DNA of 40,453 nucleotides from a virus (taxonomy: Duplodnaviria; Caudoviricetes): the IMG/VR virus record IMGVR_UViG_3300017700_000500, positions 1-40,453 of that record; one strand, given 5' to 3'. The notes beneath the pieces are model-generated. The model saw only the letters and a program-made list of their open reading frames with translations. It ran no database searches and was not told the DNA's origin. A program made the translations under genes and the position numbers. Of this stretch, positions 17,439 to 26,608 are shown piece by piece. The stretch's first letter is position 1; each line of letters opens with the position of its first letter.

Positions 17439-17726
17439 TTAGACGCGCCCCGGCCAGATGCGGAAGGCCCGCAAATCAGGGTCATTAAGGACAGCTTTGA
17501 TGTGGACGGGATTAGCCATCCACTCCTGAAAGGTAATGCCCTTCTGGTTGATGTAGTTCTCGATGACAACGTTGGGGATGCTGGCCGCGTGCTTGAAGTC
17601 GCTGGAACCGTGATAGCCCTCTTTGTGCAGGGCCTGGGTCCGCTCAAGGTATGGCGTGCAGTCTTGGGTGTTCTGCACCACCATCACGTCGTCCTTGACG
17701 TGAAGCTGTGTCTGCATCCCGCTCAT
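17439..17726 (-). CDS. Hypothetical virion-module protein
   Basis: TAAATG junctions on both sides. Confidence 0.7.
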   Translation of the reverse strand: MSGMQTQLHVKDDVMVVQNTQDCTPYLERTQALHKEGYHGSSDFKHAASIPNVVIENYINQKGITFQEWMANPVHIKAVLNDPDLRAFRIWPGRV

Positions 17727-18026
17727 TTAGCAATCCTCAAGCGGGGTGACGATGACGATGCCAGCCGCCGATAGCTGAATTGCAGCAACATGCGTGCAGC
17801 CACGGGGGACGGCCATGATCACGGCGTCGCCTGGCTGAACCAGCATGTCAGTGGCTACTGCGGTTTGCGCACCAGCACCGATGCGGACACACGCGGCAGC
17901 ACTGGCGGCCACGCGGACGTAACGCGGGACTTCGCCGCTGGAAGCGTTGGGCAGAGTGCCGCCAGACGAGGCCGCACCCGTGGTAATCGATACACCCGTG
18001 ACGGTGACCGTGAGGAAGTTGTCCAT
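17727..18026 (-). CDS. Small beta-rich virion protein
   Basis: GGAG RBS. Confidence 0.7.
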   Translation of the reverse strand: MDNFLTVTVTGVSITTGAASSGGTLPNASSGEVPRYVRVAASAAACVRIGAGAQTAVATDMLVQPGDAVIMAVPRGCTHVAAIQLSAAGIVIVTPLEDC

Positions 18027-18052
18027 TTTTGCTCCGGCGCTTCGCAGCGTTA

Positions 18053-18080
18053 GGAAAAAGAAAGGCCCCCGGAGGGGCCT
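18053..18080 (-). terminator. Intrinsic terminator after the capsid/decoration genes
   Basis: AGGCCCC-loop-GGGGCCT followed by TTCTTTTT. Confidence 0.75.
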
Positions 18081-18083
18081 GGA

Positions 18084-18554
18084 TCAGGCGAGGTAGTAGT
18101 GGATGTAAACGCTACCCACCAGGCCGGCAGTCGTGGCCGCGCCCGTGCCGGTCAGGAACTGGCTGGAGGTCATTTTTTGGTTGACCTTGCCGTTGGTTCC
18201 GAGATCAGCCGTCAGCATGGTGTCCACAACCTTTTCAGTACCGCCCAAGGCGTAACCGTCAATCAAGTTGTCGGCTGAGGTCGTGCCGTTGGCGGCAACA
18301 CCAAAGTCACCAGCAGCAGCGCCGGTTGATTTGGTCGTAATGTCCACTTGGACACGGCTGATGATGATCGTCTGACCCTCGGGGTTGGCCCAAGAGAACA
18401 GCGCACCACCAGTTGTAGCGGAGACGCCGGCAAGAGCGACCTTCGCGACCTTCCAACCCCTGTAAATGCCGCCAAAAGAGGCGACTTCTTCAGAGGTTGA
18501 ATCCGTCACAAAGCCGACACCGCCGTCAGCGCGTTGGCGTAAATTTGTACCCAT
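18084..18554 (-). CDS. Capsid decoration-like protein
   Basis: G/T/A-rich, directly after the major capsid gene, GGAG RBS. Confidence 0.6.
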   Translation of the reverse strand: MGTNLRQRADGGVGFVTDSTSEEVASFGGIYRGWKVAKVALAGVSATTGGALFSWANPEGQTIIISRVQVDITTKSTGAAAGDFGVAANGTTSADNLIDGYALGGTEKVVDTMLTADLGTNGKVNQKMTSSQFLTGTGAATTAGLVGSVYIHYYLA

Positions 18555-18600
18555 TTTTAGCTCCGTTTAATCGGGGAGAGCCGAAGCCCTCCCCTGTTGT

Positions 18601-19521
18601 TTAGCTGATGTCGTAGACGGCGCCGTGGGCCTTCGGTGCGCGCACTTCCAGCGTGTATTCCACGATGAGTTGTTTGCGGTCGGCATCGCCGGTTTTCGCC
18701 AGGTCGGTCGTCTTGAACGGGCGCAGGTAGGAAACAGCCAGCTTGTCGGACTGCAGGATGAACACGTCACGGGTGCGCTGGAAGCGGTTCGGGACCACCT
18801 TCAACTCACCGAAGTCGGAGATATAGACGTCAACCGCAGCGGTCAGCGTCTTGTCTTCGCTCTTGTCCATACGCGTTGCATTGCCGGTGAAGGTCGAGAA
18901 CGTCTGTTTCGCCAGAGGCGGAACCATGATGACGTTGGGCTCGCCGCCTGCGGTGTACTGCAGTTGCAGGACCGACTTGACTTGCGCTTCGGTGAAAGCG
19001 CGGGCCGTGCCGTTGGTGTTACCGGTGTTGTTGACGTAGCTGGCGAGCGTGCCGCCGCCGTTGGAGGTGTTGTCCACCACCCAGCCCAGCAGGCCGCGCA
19101 GTTGACGTGGCGAAGTGGCGGTCACGTCGTTCTGCGTCAGGGCGAACTCCATGTCGCGTTTCAGCTCCAGCGACTTCAGGCCCATCTGGTAACCCATCTC
19201 GTCCTTGCGACCAGCTGCGTTGACAGCCTGCTGCGAGCCAGCGACGGAAACCGTCTTGCTGGAGATTTGGGTACGGTTGGACAGTCGTACAGTAGGCGTA
19301 ACAGCCACAGCAACAGCGTCGTCGCCCTCGGCCTGTGCATTGGCGGCTGCCGATGCCAGGTCTTGGGTTTGCCACTCGTGCAGCGTTGCTTCGGCCTTGC
19401 CCTTGGCCGCCATGTTCAGCAGCGGGGTGACAGTTGGGGAAATGCGATAGATGATATCGCTCAGATCCTCACGGTTGCCGATTGCGGCGGTTGTGAGGAA
19501 TGTATTGGTAGGTGCGCCCAT
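18601..19521 (-). CDS. Major capsid protein (DUF5309/SU10-like)
   Basis: GNREDLSDIIYRISP..TP, HEWQT, N.TQI, ELKRDMEF, SDFG. Confidence 0.9.
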   Translation of the reverse strand: MGAPTNTFLTTAAIGNREDLSDIIYRISPTVTPLLNMAAKGKAEATLHEWQTQDLASAAANAQAEGDDAVAVAVTPTVRLSNRTQISSKTVSVAGSQQAVNAAGRKDEMGYQMGLKSLELKRDMEFALTQNDVTATSPRQLRGLLGWVVDNTSNGGGTLASYVNNTGNTNGTARAFTEAQVKSVLQLQYTAGGEPNVIMVPPLAKQTFSTFTGNATRMDKSEDKTLTAAVDVYISDFGELKVVPNRFQRTRDVFILQSDKLAVSYLRPFKTTDLAKTGDADRKQLIVEYTLEVRAPKAHGAVYDIS

Positions 19522-19548
19522 TTGATGGTTTCCTGCGTCTCGCGACGT

Positions 19549-20529
19549 TTAAAGAATTGATGAGAACAATGCCCCGGCGTCCTCGACGCTGCCCGACTTG
19601 TTGAACTTCTGGAATGCAGTCGTTCGCTTGTCGATGCTTCCGCTCTCGCCACCGGCTGCACGCTCGACCCGCTGGGGGAGCTGCTGCACTTTCTTGGCGG
19701 CTGCGGATGCCTTGGCAATCATCTGGTCGTAAAGCATCGCCTTACGCACGTTGAGGACGGCTCGGTGGTCATGTACGGTTGAAATTTCTGCGTCCGTGTA
19801 GCCTGCGGCTTTCAGGTACGCTTTGATTTCAGCGGTGCCGGCTTTCATCTTCGCTTCGTCTTTCCACTCGGGAACCTTGGCGAGGAGTTGTTCCCGCTGG
19901 CTCTCCAAATGCTTCTTGAAGCTTGTTTCCTGCTCGGCTTTGGCAAGCTCATGGACTTTTTGCAGCTCCTGGTGTGTCTGCTGCAGCGCTGCTTGTCTCG
20001 ATTGCGCGAGGTGCTGCTGCTTCAGATACTCGACAGGGTCCGAGTCCAAAAGGGCTTGCCAGTCAATTTTTTGCTGCTCTTGCAGCGTTGCTTCCAGCAG
20101 CGCCTGATTCCTTTGCAGGTTCTGCGCGTACTGGTTGCGTTCATCACGAGCTTTTGCCGTTTCCGCCTCAGCCGCTTTACGCTGCTCAGCCAGTTCCGTC
20201 GTTTTCTTCGTGTAGTCAGCCTGTCGAAGCCCGCTTTTGTGGGCCTCTGCTATCTGGGCTTTGGTCAACTCGACCGGCTTGCCGTCAACTAAGACGGTGA
20301 CGATCTCGGCGCCCTCTTCCTCAGACAGTTGGGCGTCATCGCCCTCCTCCGCTGCGTTGTTGCCGGCTTCGGGCTCTTGGCCCTCTACTGGCTCCGCTGC
20401 AGCGTCCGCGCCCTCCTTTTTGGGGGGCTCTACGGGGTCAAGCATTGCGGTGAATGCTGCTCCGGCCTGGTCAGGTGACAGGCTTTCATTGCTCGTTTCC
20501 GAGCCGGTGGGTGTCGAAGACGTGTCCAC
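19549..20529 (-). CDS. Capsid scaffolding protein
   Basis: Acidic N-terminus, VDGK..E...LRQADYTKKT, coiled coil, upstream of the capsid gene. Confidence 0.85.
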   Translation of the reverse strand: MDTSSTPTGSETSNESLSPDQAGAAFTAMLDPVEPPKKEGADAAAEPVEGQEPEAGNNAAEEGDDAQLSEEEGAEIVTVLVDGKPVELTKAQIAEAHKSGLRQADYTKKTTELAEQRKAAEAETAKARDERNQYAQNLQRNQALLEATLQEQQKIDWQALLDSDPVEYLKQQHLAQSRQAALQQTHQELQKVHELAKAEQETSFKKHLESQREQLLAKVPEWKDEAKMKAGTAEIKAYLKAAGYTDAEISTVHDHRAVLNVRKAMLYDQMIAKASAAAKKVQQLPQRVERAAGGESGSIDKRTTAFQKFNKSGSVEDAGALFSSIL

Positions 20530-20624
20530 TAGTTACTCCACAAAACCACCCCTCCAGTCCGCCAGAGGTGGCTACGGCACGCATCACTGCGGAGGCCCGA
20601 TGGGTAGGCGTCTACCCGAAAGCG

Positions 20625-20993
20625 TTACAGGGTGATCTTCTCGCCTGTGTTCAATTGATAACCGGCAGGGCCGACTTCAACGCGGATGCCGCCGAACCTC
20701 GGTGTTTCTATGGCAGAAACTGAGCCTTCCGGGTGGAAAATGCAGGAAACGCGGTGATCCGGGCTGTTGACGGCCATTACCGCAGCAACAACCTCGTCAT
20801 AGCTCAGCCCCGCAGGGCTTCCAGCGCGTCCTTTGCCCTGTCCGCCAGCGTCTGCTTGTGCTTTAGCTCCTCCCGTGCCAGCTTGCCCGTGTCCAGCGAC
20901 GTCTGCAGCATTGCTTCCAGCTTGTTCAGCATTGACAGCATCAGCCACAGCTTTTCGCGGCCTTCCTGGTCCCTTGCGGGTGATTCCGTCCAT
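20625..20993 (-). CDS. Hypothetical protein with N-terminal AT-hook-like RKGPGRPRK
   Basis: GGAG RBS inside the upstream gene; fills the gap to the scaffold leader. Confidence 0.55.
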   Translation of the reverse strand: MDGITRKGPGRPRKAVADAVNAEQAGSNAADVAGHGQAGTGGAKAQADAGGQGKGRAGSPAGLSYDEVVAAVMAVNSPDHRVSCIFHPEGSVSAIETPRFGGIRVEVGPAGYQLNTGEKITL

Positions 20994-21100
20994 TGTTTGG
21001 TGATCTCCGTTTTGTAGTCGGTAAAGACCTGCTGGTAAGCCTCGTTTTCGAGGACTTCGCGGGCGCGGTCTGCGTTGTAAATGCGCTTTTCAAGCTCCAC
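20804..21100 (-). CDS. Conserved helical post-portal protein
   Basis: A..VLENE.YQQVF...W.....REKLW pattern typical after podovirus portals. Confidence 0.7.
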   Translation of the reverse strand: MELEKRIYNADRAREVLENEAYQQVFTDYKTEITKQWTESPARDQEGREKLWLMLSMLNKLEAMLQTSLDTGKLAREELKHKQTLADRAKDALEALRG

Positions 21101-21326
21101 TGTCAGGTCCTCTCAAATACTGTTCTGCGGCGGCTGCGTTTTTCAGAAGTTCCGCCATCGTGACGATCTTGTCTGCCGCAATTGCATTGGAGTGAGCTAG
21201 AGACAGCGCAACATTCATCGCATCAATACGCACCGAGTTACTGCCGTCTGGCGTGCTGCGGGCAAGCGCTACAGCCTCCTCCTGATCGGTGAGAAACTTC
21301 TTCAGTCGGGTGCTGTCATCGGCCAT
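21090..21326 (-). CDS. Hypothetical protein
   Basis: TAATG overlap with the portal stop. Confidence 0.6.
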   Translation of the reverse strand: MADDSTRLKKFLTDQEEAVALARSTPDGSNSVRIDAMNVALSLAHSNAIAADKIVTMAELLKNAAAAEQYLRGPDSGA

Positions 21327-23629
21327 TACTGTTGAACCTCTCGCGCCACCTCAGCGGTAGCGGTTTGCGTTGCTGCGTCGTCCAGCTTGGACTTGCTGCC
21401 GATGTTGGCAACCTGGATCTTCACGGAGGCGTCAAGCTCAGCCTTCCAGCGCTGGAATTCCATGTCCCTTGCGTGCTGCTGGTCCTTGTAGGAGGCCTCC
21501 AGCGCCTGCAATTGCGCTTCCTGCTGCATCTTCATGGTCTGCTGCTCTGCCTCGGCTCGCTGGCGGTTGTTGTCCACCTCGGCCTGCATCTTCATGCGCA
21601 TTTGCTCAAGCGCCGCTTCCTGCTGGCGCTGGGCCTCGGCGGATTGCGCGGCAAACTGCTGCTTCATCTGTTCAATCTGGCCGGCGCTTTGCAGCTTCAT
21701 CTGCTCAATTTGCATCTGTGCGGCGTTCGGGTCAGGCTTCGGAGGCGGCGGGTTCTTCTTCGGGTTGTTGAAGTACCTGTCCGGGTCTTTCGGCCCCATC
21801 AGCTTGGTAATGTCGCACTGCATGTTGTAGACGCGCTCAGGGTCTGCAACACCAATCGCCATCACATGGGCTTGCTGCTGGGCAAGCGCCATCATTTTTT
21901 GAACCTGCTCCTCTTTCGAGCCGATGCCCAAGCCGACGTTGATATTTACGTCGAACATGTTGCGCCACTCGCGGGGGTCAATCTCCGTCCACTCCTCGCC
22001 AATGCGCATTTCGGTGCGCTTGTCCTGATGCTGGCTGGTCAGCTTGAGCAGCATGCGGAACAACTCGACAAACCCCTCGGCAAAGTTGCGGGCGATCAAA
22101 TCAACCCGCATATCACCCTTGTTGGTGATGATCTGCACGCCGGTAGCGGTCTGGTTCAGGGCTTTTGAGTCATTCCCCTGGCTGTATCGGGTCCAGCCTG
22201 TGCGCTGCTCGAGATCCATCTCAAGCCACTGCATCATTTCGGACGATGAGCGCAGATCGCCGCTACCTTGATCCAGCCGGCCGACGGCGCCCGCCTTTTT
22301 GATGCGCACAATGCCACCCGGGCGGGAGGTCAGCAGATCGTCAAGATTGACCTGCCCTTCCTCAGCAAAATATCGGCCATTGACCTGCAGGAACATGTTG
22401 TCCTGCTGGGCGCGGATGGTGTTTGTCATCACCTTCTGCGACTCCATGGCCAGATCGGCGATGGACAGGCCAAAGAACTTGTGTGGCAGCGGAACCGGCG
22501 TAATGCTGATGAAGGGCGAGCAATCGACCTCTTCATTGTCCAGCAGCACATTCCCGGCTACCACCACCTTGCGCAGCTCGGCGATTCCGTCGCCGTCGTA
22601 GTCGCAGCGGAGATACAGCTCATTGAGCCACACCAGGCGCTGGGAATCGTCACCAGAGCTGTCCAGGCCGATAGATGCAAACTCATCGTCATAGCCCAAG
22701 CGCTCGATGCGCTCAGCGTTCAGCGAGGCGGCTGCGTCGTCGGAGCCGATATCGTCAACATTCTTGTATCCCATGGAGCGCAGCTCAGACAGAGTACGTG
22801 CCACCCGGTGACCCGTCATCCTGGCGGTTGCGATGCTCTTTGCCTCGCGGGAGATCAGGAATTCTTCTGGCGGGACGTTGTCAATAGCAACCTTGCCGCC
22901 TTTTTGCGAGCGCTTGAATGCCACGTCGTACAGCATGGCGGGCGGCTGGGCCTGAATCTGCGCCATCTGCGCTTGAATCTGCTGAACAGCCTGCTGTGCC
23001 TGCGGGTTGCCCTGCTGTGCGGCCTGCATAGCTTGCTCAAGCTGCTGGGCCATCTGCTCCAGAGCCTGGGCGCGGGCTTTGGCGTCCTCCTCATCTGGAT
23101 AACTGGACTGCTCCAGCGCCTCGACCTCGGGGTCTTCCATGATCTGGGCAAGCTCTACGTCGCTCAGCGCCTTGTATTCCTCGCGCTTTTCCTCAGCCCG
23201 GGTATCCCACCAGACCTTGATGATGCCGTTTTTCTGCAGCAGCGCGTCGTTGAACCACGTCGAGCAGATCGCGTGCCCGTTGTTCTTCTTCATGAACAGG
23301 TAGTTCAGGTAATCGGAACACTGCGCGGCTTTCTGCTCGTCACCCTTCTGAGCGGCCTCAAACTCGACGGCCTTGTCACCGCCGACAAACTTTGCCATCA
23401 GCGCCGGCATCATCGAAAGGATGGTGTTGCGCACCACCGTAGCGACGTAGGTAGACCGGCCCTCAACCTCGGGGGGGGCTAGATCCAGCTTCGGCAGTCC
23501 GAGATAGTAAATCTCAGCCTTGCGCCGTTGGTCGGCCAGCTTCCCGCCGAAATACCCCACAGCGTTGCGCAACTCTTGGTTGGCTAGCGCCTTCAGGTCA
23601 TCGTCAGTTAGTGGGGTCGGTTTTGCCAT
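21326..23629 (-). CDS. Portal protein (P22-like with C-terminal Q-rich coiled coil)
   Basis: 767 aa after terL; DALLQKNGIIKVWW, VPPEEFLI, NQTATG. Confidence 0.9.
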   Translation of the reverse strand: MAKPTPLTDDDLKALANQELRNAVGYFGGKLADQRRKAEIYYLGLPKLDLAPPEVEGRSTYVATVVRNTILSMMPALMAKFVGGDKAVEFEAAQKGDEQKAAQCSDYLNYLFMKKNNGHAICSTWFNDALLQKNGIIKVWWDTRAEEKREEYKALSDVELAQIMEDPEVEALEQSSYPDEEDAKARAQALEQMAQQLEQAMQAAQQGNPQAQQAVQQIQAQMAQIQAQPPAMLYDVAFKRSQKGGKVAIDNVPPEEFLISREAKSIATARMTGHRVARTLSELRSMGYKNVDDIGSDDAAASLNAERIERLGYDDEFASIGLDSSGDDSQRLVWLNELYLRCDYDGDGIAELRKVVVAGNVLLDNEEVDCSPFISITPVPLPHKFFGLSIADLAMESQKVMTNTIRAQQDNMFLQVNGRYFAEEGQVNLDDLLTSRPGGIVRIKKAGAVGRLDQGSGDLRSSSEMMQWLEMDLEQRTGWTRYSQGNDSKALNQTATGVQIITNKGDMRVDLIARNFAEGFVELFRMLLKLTSQHQDKRTEMRIGEEWTEIDPREWRNMFDVNINVGLGIGSKEEQVQKMMALAQQQAHVMAIGVADPERVYNMQCDITKLMGPKDPDRYFNNPKKNPPPPKPDPNAAQMQIEQMKLQSAGQIEQMKQQFAAQSAEAQRQQEAALEQMRMKMQAEVDNNRQRAEAEQQTMKMQQEAQLQALEASYKDQQHARDMEFQRWKAELDASVKIQVANIGSKSKLDDAATQTATAEVAREVQQ

Positions 23630-23664
23630 GTATCGGGGCGCTTCTCAGCGCTGCCTTTGTTTGT

Positions 23665-24972
23665 TTAGCCGTTTGTCAGCCTCGGGTACTTGATCGGAGC
23701 GCTTACCGTGGGCTCCTGCCACACGACACAGCCCAACCCGAAAGCGTCTGCTCCGTGGCTTGCCCAGTCATGCTCAGGGCCTAGCCCAATGCCGCGCTCC
23801 AAATCGCGCTTTTCGTGATACCAGCCCAATGCGTCGCGGCCGGCTGCTGTTGTTTCTTCGTGGAACCTGATCTGCGGGAACACCTCGCGCACCCGCTCAA
23901 TGCGAGCCATTGCGGCGCCCTTGCCCTGGTTGGGCACTACGTCTACCGAATACCCTGCAGCCTTTAGCGTGGACTCGTAGGACACATCAAACACCTTGTC
24001 CTGCGTCGAGCCGTCGTGAGGTAGCCAGAACTGCGCCCGGTCCGGTGTGTAGCCTTGCGACCGGCACCAGGCTAGATGCGCGTCAACCGGCTGGCCCACA
24101 GCCTCGTAATAGTTCACCACCCGTATCTCGCGGCCAATATACTGCATTGCCCAGATGGTGAAGGCGTCAGCCCTTGCCCCAGTTCCGCCGATATCGCACA
24201 TCAGGCGAATCGTCATCAGCGGATCAGCTGGGAAGAACCCTATGCGGTTTTCAGTCTTGGCCTTGAGCAGATGTTTGGCGAAGTAAGCGCCCTCAAGCGT
24301 CGTTACAAAGTCGCCCTCCCACACATGCGGGTACTGCTCCGGCCGCTCCTCAAGATCCCTCAGCCTCTCGCGCTCCAGCTTGGCGGGGAATTTTGGGTTA
24401 TCCCGCCAGTTGCATTTGACAATCTTGATTCGCGGGTCTTTGGAGTTCGCAAACCGCTTTTCAACTGCTGCGGTCTTGCGTTTCCTGTTCCACGTCACCC
24501 AAAGCTCGGCGTTCCAGTCCTCCCCCTCCTCGCGCAGAGTGGGGATCAGCGTCGTAAACGCCTCATCTGTTACCGGCTCAGCCTCATCGACCCAGCAGAC
24601 CAAAATCCGCCCCTTGGACTTGATGCTGGCAATGTTGCGGTCAAGGCCAGCAAAGACGAACTGAATTCGCCCGTCCCTGCTTTTTATGAACTTGTCTCCG
24701 ATCTCGTAATACTCAGCGAGAAAAGGCTCCTCCTCAATGGCCCGCTTGCACTCCTCCAGGGAGCTGTCCTCAAGCGAGTTCATGAACTGCCGGCCACAGA
24801 GCAGAATGCCCTTGATGCCAGCTTTGCCGAACATGTAACCCTTGGCAGCAATCATCTTGGCGAAGCTGCGAGTCTTGCCCGATCCCCGCCCGCCCTCTGC
24901 CCCTCTTACGTCAGCCTCACCCTCAAATACCGGAATGAGGACCGGGACAATCTCAAGCTGTACGGCTGCCAA
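23665..24972 (-). CDS. terL: Terminase large subunit (PBSX-like)
   Basis: Walker A GGRGSGKT, Walker B WVDEAE, nuclease DIG and HGADAF. Confidence 0.95.
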   Translation of the reverse strand: MAAVQLEIVPVLIPVFEGEADVRGAEGGRGSGKTRSFAKMIAAKGYMFGKAGIKGILLCGRQFMNSLEDSSLEECKRAIEEEPFLAEYYEIGDKFIKSRDGRIQFVFAGLDRNIASIKSKGRILVCWVDEAEPVTDEAFTTLIPTLREEGEDWNAELWVTWNRKRKTAAVEKRFANSKDPRIKIVKCNWRDNPKFPAKLERERLRDLEERPEQYPHVWEGDFVTTLEGAYFAKHLLKAKTENRIGFFPADPLMTIRLMCDIGGTGARADAFTIWAMQYIGREIRVVNYYEAVGQPVDAHLAWCRSQGYTPDRAQFWLPHDGSTQDKVFDVSYESTLKAAGYSVDVVPNQGKGAAMARIERVREVFPQIRFHEETTAAGRDALGWYHEKRDLERGIGLGPEHDWASHGADAFGLGCVVWQEPTVSAPIKYPRLTNG

Positions 24973-25240
24973 GGGCCACCAGCTCTATGCGGGTCACCAC
25001 GGGCCCGCCACCGCCACCTTCTAGCTGGACAGGCATTACCTTGCCAATGAGGCCAAGGAAGGCCGCTGGGTGACTTCTGGCAGTCGTTGCCAGGTACTGC
25101 ACACCGCCCACCTCGTCCAAGGCCTGCACAATCATCTCGCGGATCATGGCATTACCCTTATCCACTGCGCCTTTAGGGCGACCAGCGCCAGGCCTTGCTC
25201 CGCCCTTGCCGGTCGATTTCTTTGATTGTTTTTCAGGCAT
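24953..25240 (-). CDS. terS: Terminase small subunit
   Basis: GAGRPKG...AFLGLIGKVMP; directly upstream of terL. Confidence 0.8.
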   Translation of the reverse strand: MPEKQSKKSTGKGGARPGAGRPKGAVDKGNAMIREMIVQALDEVGGVQYLATTARSHPAAFLGLIGKVMPVQLEGGGGGPVVTRIELVALGSRTA

Positions 25241-25380
25241 AAAGGTCTTTCGGGTGGCTCTCGCCGTGTCCGTGAATAAAAGCCCATCGGATTACGCTAG
25301 ATGCGCTGGGCTGTACCGTTCACCCCTCCCGTGATAACCGTGGGGTAGCGGCAAGGAGGCTCTCACGTTGAGCTGTCATG

Positions 25381-25419
25381 AAAGAAAGCCCCCGGGCCGA
25401 TGGTCAGCGCGGGGGCTAA
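25381..25419 (-). terminator. Terminator-like hairpin in the late leader
   Basis: AGCCCCCG...CGGGGGCT followed by TTCTTT. Confidence 0.5.
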
Positions 25420-25444
25420 GGCTCTTTGCGGGAGCCAAGGAGAA

Positions 25445-25756
25445 TTAGTGTTGCGGCGGGACCACTTGGCTGAATATCCGCCATGTCCGGTCCTCGCCTC
25501 GGCGGAACTTTTCGGCATCTTCTTCCGACTGGAAGTACATAGCCCTTGTTTCTGGCTCGAAAGTGCTAAGCACGGCAACGAACGCCCGGGGCGCAGCCTG
25601 GAACTCCAGCGCCTCGCGGACCTTCTCGGCCATCTGCTCGTTGGGAAACTCGCCCACAACTTGACTGCCCATGCCCGCTGAATTTGGCGGCGCTGGCGTG
25701 TACTCGGTAACGGCGTGACGGATCACAGGGCGCACCCTGAATTCTTGGTTTTGCAT
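25445..25756 (-). CDS. Hypothetical protein
   Basis: ATG 25756 preceded by AAAGAG. Confidence 0.6.
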   Translation of the reverse strand: MQNQEFRVRPVIRHAVTEYTPAPPNSAGMGSQVVGEFPNEQMAEKVREALEFQAAPRAFVAVLSTFEPETRAMYFQSEEDAEKFRRGEDRTWRIFSQVVPPQH

Positions 25757-25879
25757 ATCACTCTTTCTGACCCCGCAGGGTCGTTGACATTGGCGGATTG
25801 CCAATTAGTTGCCCCAGACGCAGAACGATCCAGCTTGTCAATTAAGTGGCTCTGGCGGGTCTGGCTGGGGCGGAAACGA

Positions 25880-26464
25880 TCAGAGCAGGAAACCCCGGCT
25901 CTGCATGAAATCTACTGGGTGCTTTGCGTGCTTTTGCAAATTGCAAGACTTACGCAGCAACTGCATGTTGTCATCCACATTACGGCCACCAAGAGCCAAA
26001 GGCATCTTGTGATCTAGGTGGTAGTCATTGCCCAGCGGCAGACTGCAACACGGGCACTTGCCGCGCTGAAGCGCAAACAGTTTCTTTATCAACCCCCTGC
26101 TAAGCCTGCCACCAGCACGCCTCGCACGCCGGTTCTGCTTCTGCTCAGTTCTGCCAGCCGGGTTGGCCGCCTTCCACGCTTTGCTGTTTGCCTTCACCCT
26201 CTCGGGGTGCGCCCTGTTCCACGCATTGGCGGCGGCCTTGACAGCCTCTTTATTGGCCTCGTACTTCAGCCTAGAGTACTCGCGGTCTCGCCCGCTGTTG
26301 GCCGCACGCCAAGCTGTTGCAGCGGCCTTAATTTGTTCGGACTTTGCTTGATAGCGGCGGGCGCTTATCAGCTTCTTGCAGGGGCGGCATTTGCCAGAAC
26401 CGTTTCGGTCTGTGGCCCCGCATTTTACGCACGCCTTGACAGGCGTAGAATCTGTATCAGCCAT
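25880..26464 (-). CDS. HNH endonuclease with N-terminal CxxC pair
   Basis: CPCC...HLDHKMPLALGG.N...NMQLL...CN..K. Confidence 0.9.
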   Translation of the reverse strand: MADTDSTPVKACVKCGATDRNGSGKCRPCKKLISARRYQAKSEQIKAAATAWRAANSGRDREYSRLKYEANKEAVKAAANAWNRAHPERVKANSKAWKAANPAGRTEQKQNRRARRAGGRLSRGLIKKLFALQRGKCPCCSLPLGNDYHLDHKMPLALGGRNVDDNMQLLRKSCNLQKHAKHPVDFMQSRGFLL

Positions 26465-26536
26465 AAAACCTCTAGTACAGGTTGCGTGGTCAGAGCCTCG
26501 CCAGTGTTAGCGCACTGAGCGGGGCTTGTTTTTTTT
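26457..26536 (+). ncRNA. Putative cis-antisense sRNA (SymR-like architecture) over the HNH start
   Basis: TAGAAT at 26446-26451; hairpin 26494-26526 followed by a T run. Confidence 0.5.
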
Positions 26537-26577
26537 GCCTCGGAAAATTTTAGAGACAGCTACGCCCCACACGCGAT

Positions 26578-26605
26578 ATTCTGCCTAGTTTTCAGCCATC
26601 GTCAA
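26578..26605 (-). promoter_or_regulatory. Candidate late promoter (pR'-like)
   Basis: TTGACG-16nt-CAGAAT downstream of the Q-like gene. Confidence 0.45.
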
Positions 26606-26608
26606 GCA

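Noticed and set aside
11923-25050. Long + strand ORFs (11923-13275, 18625-19560, 22268-23482, 24076-25050)
   Set aside because: Antisense shadows of GC-rich structural genes, with no motifs or RBS.
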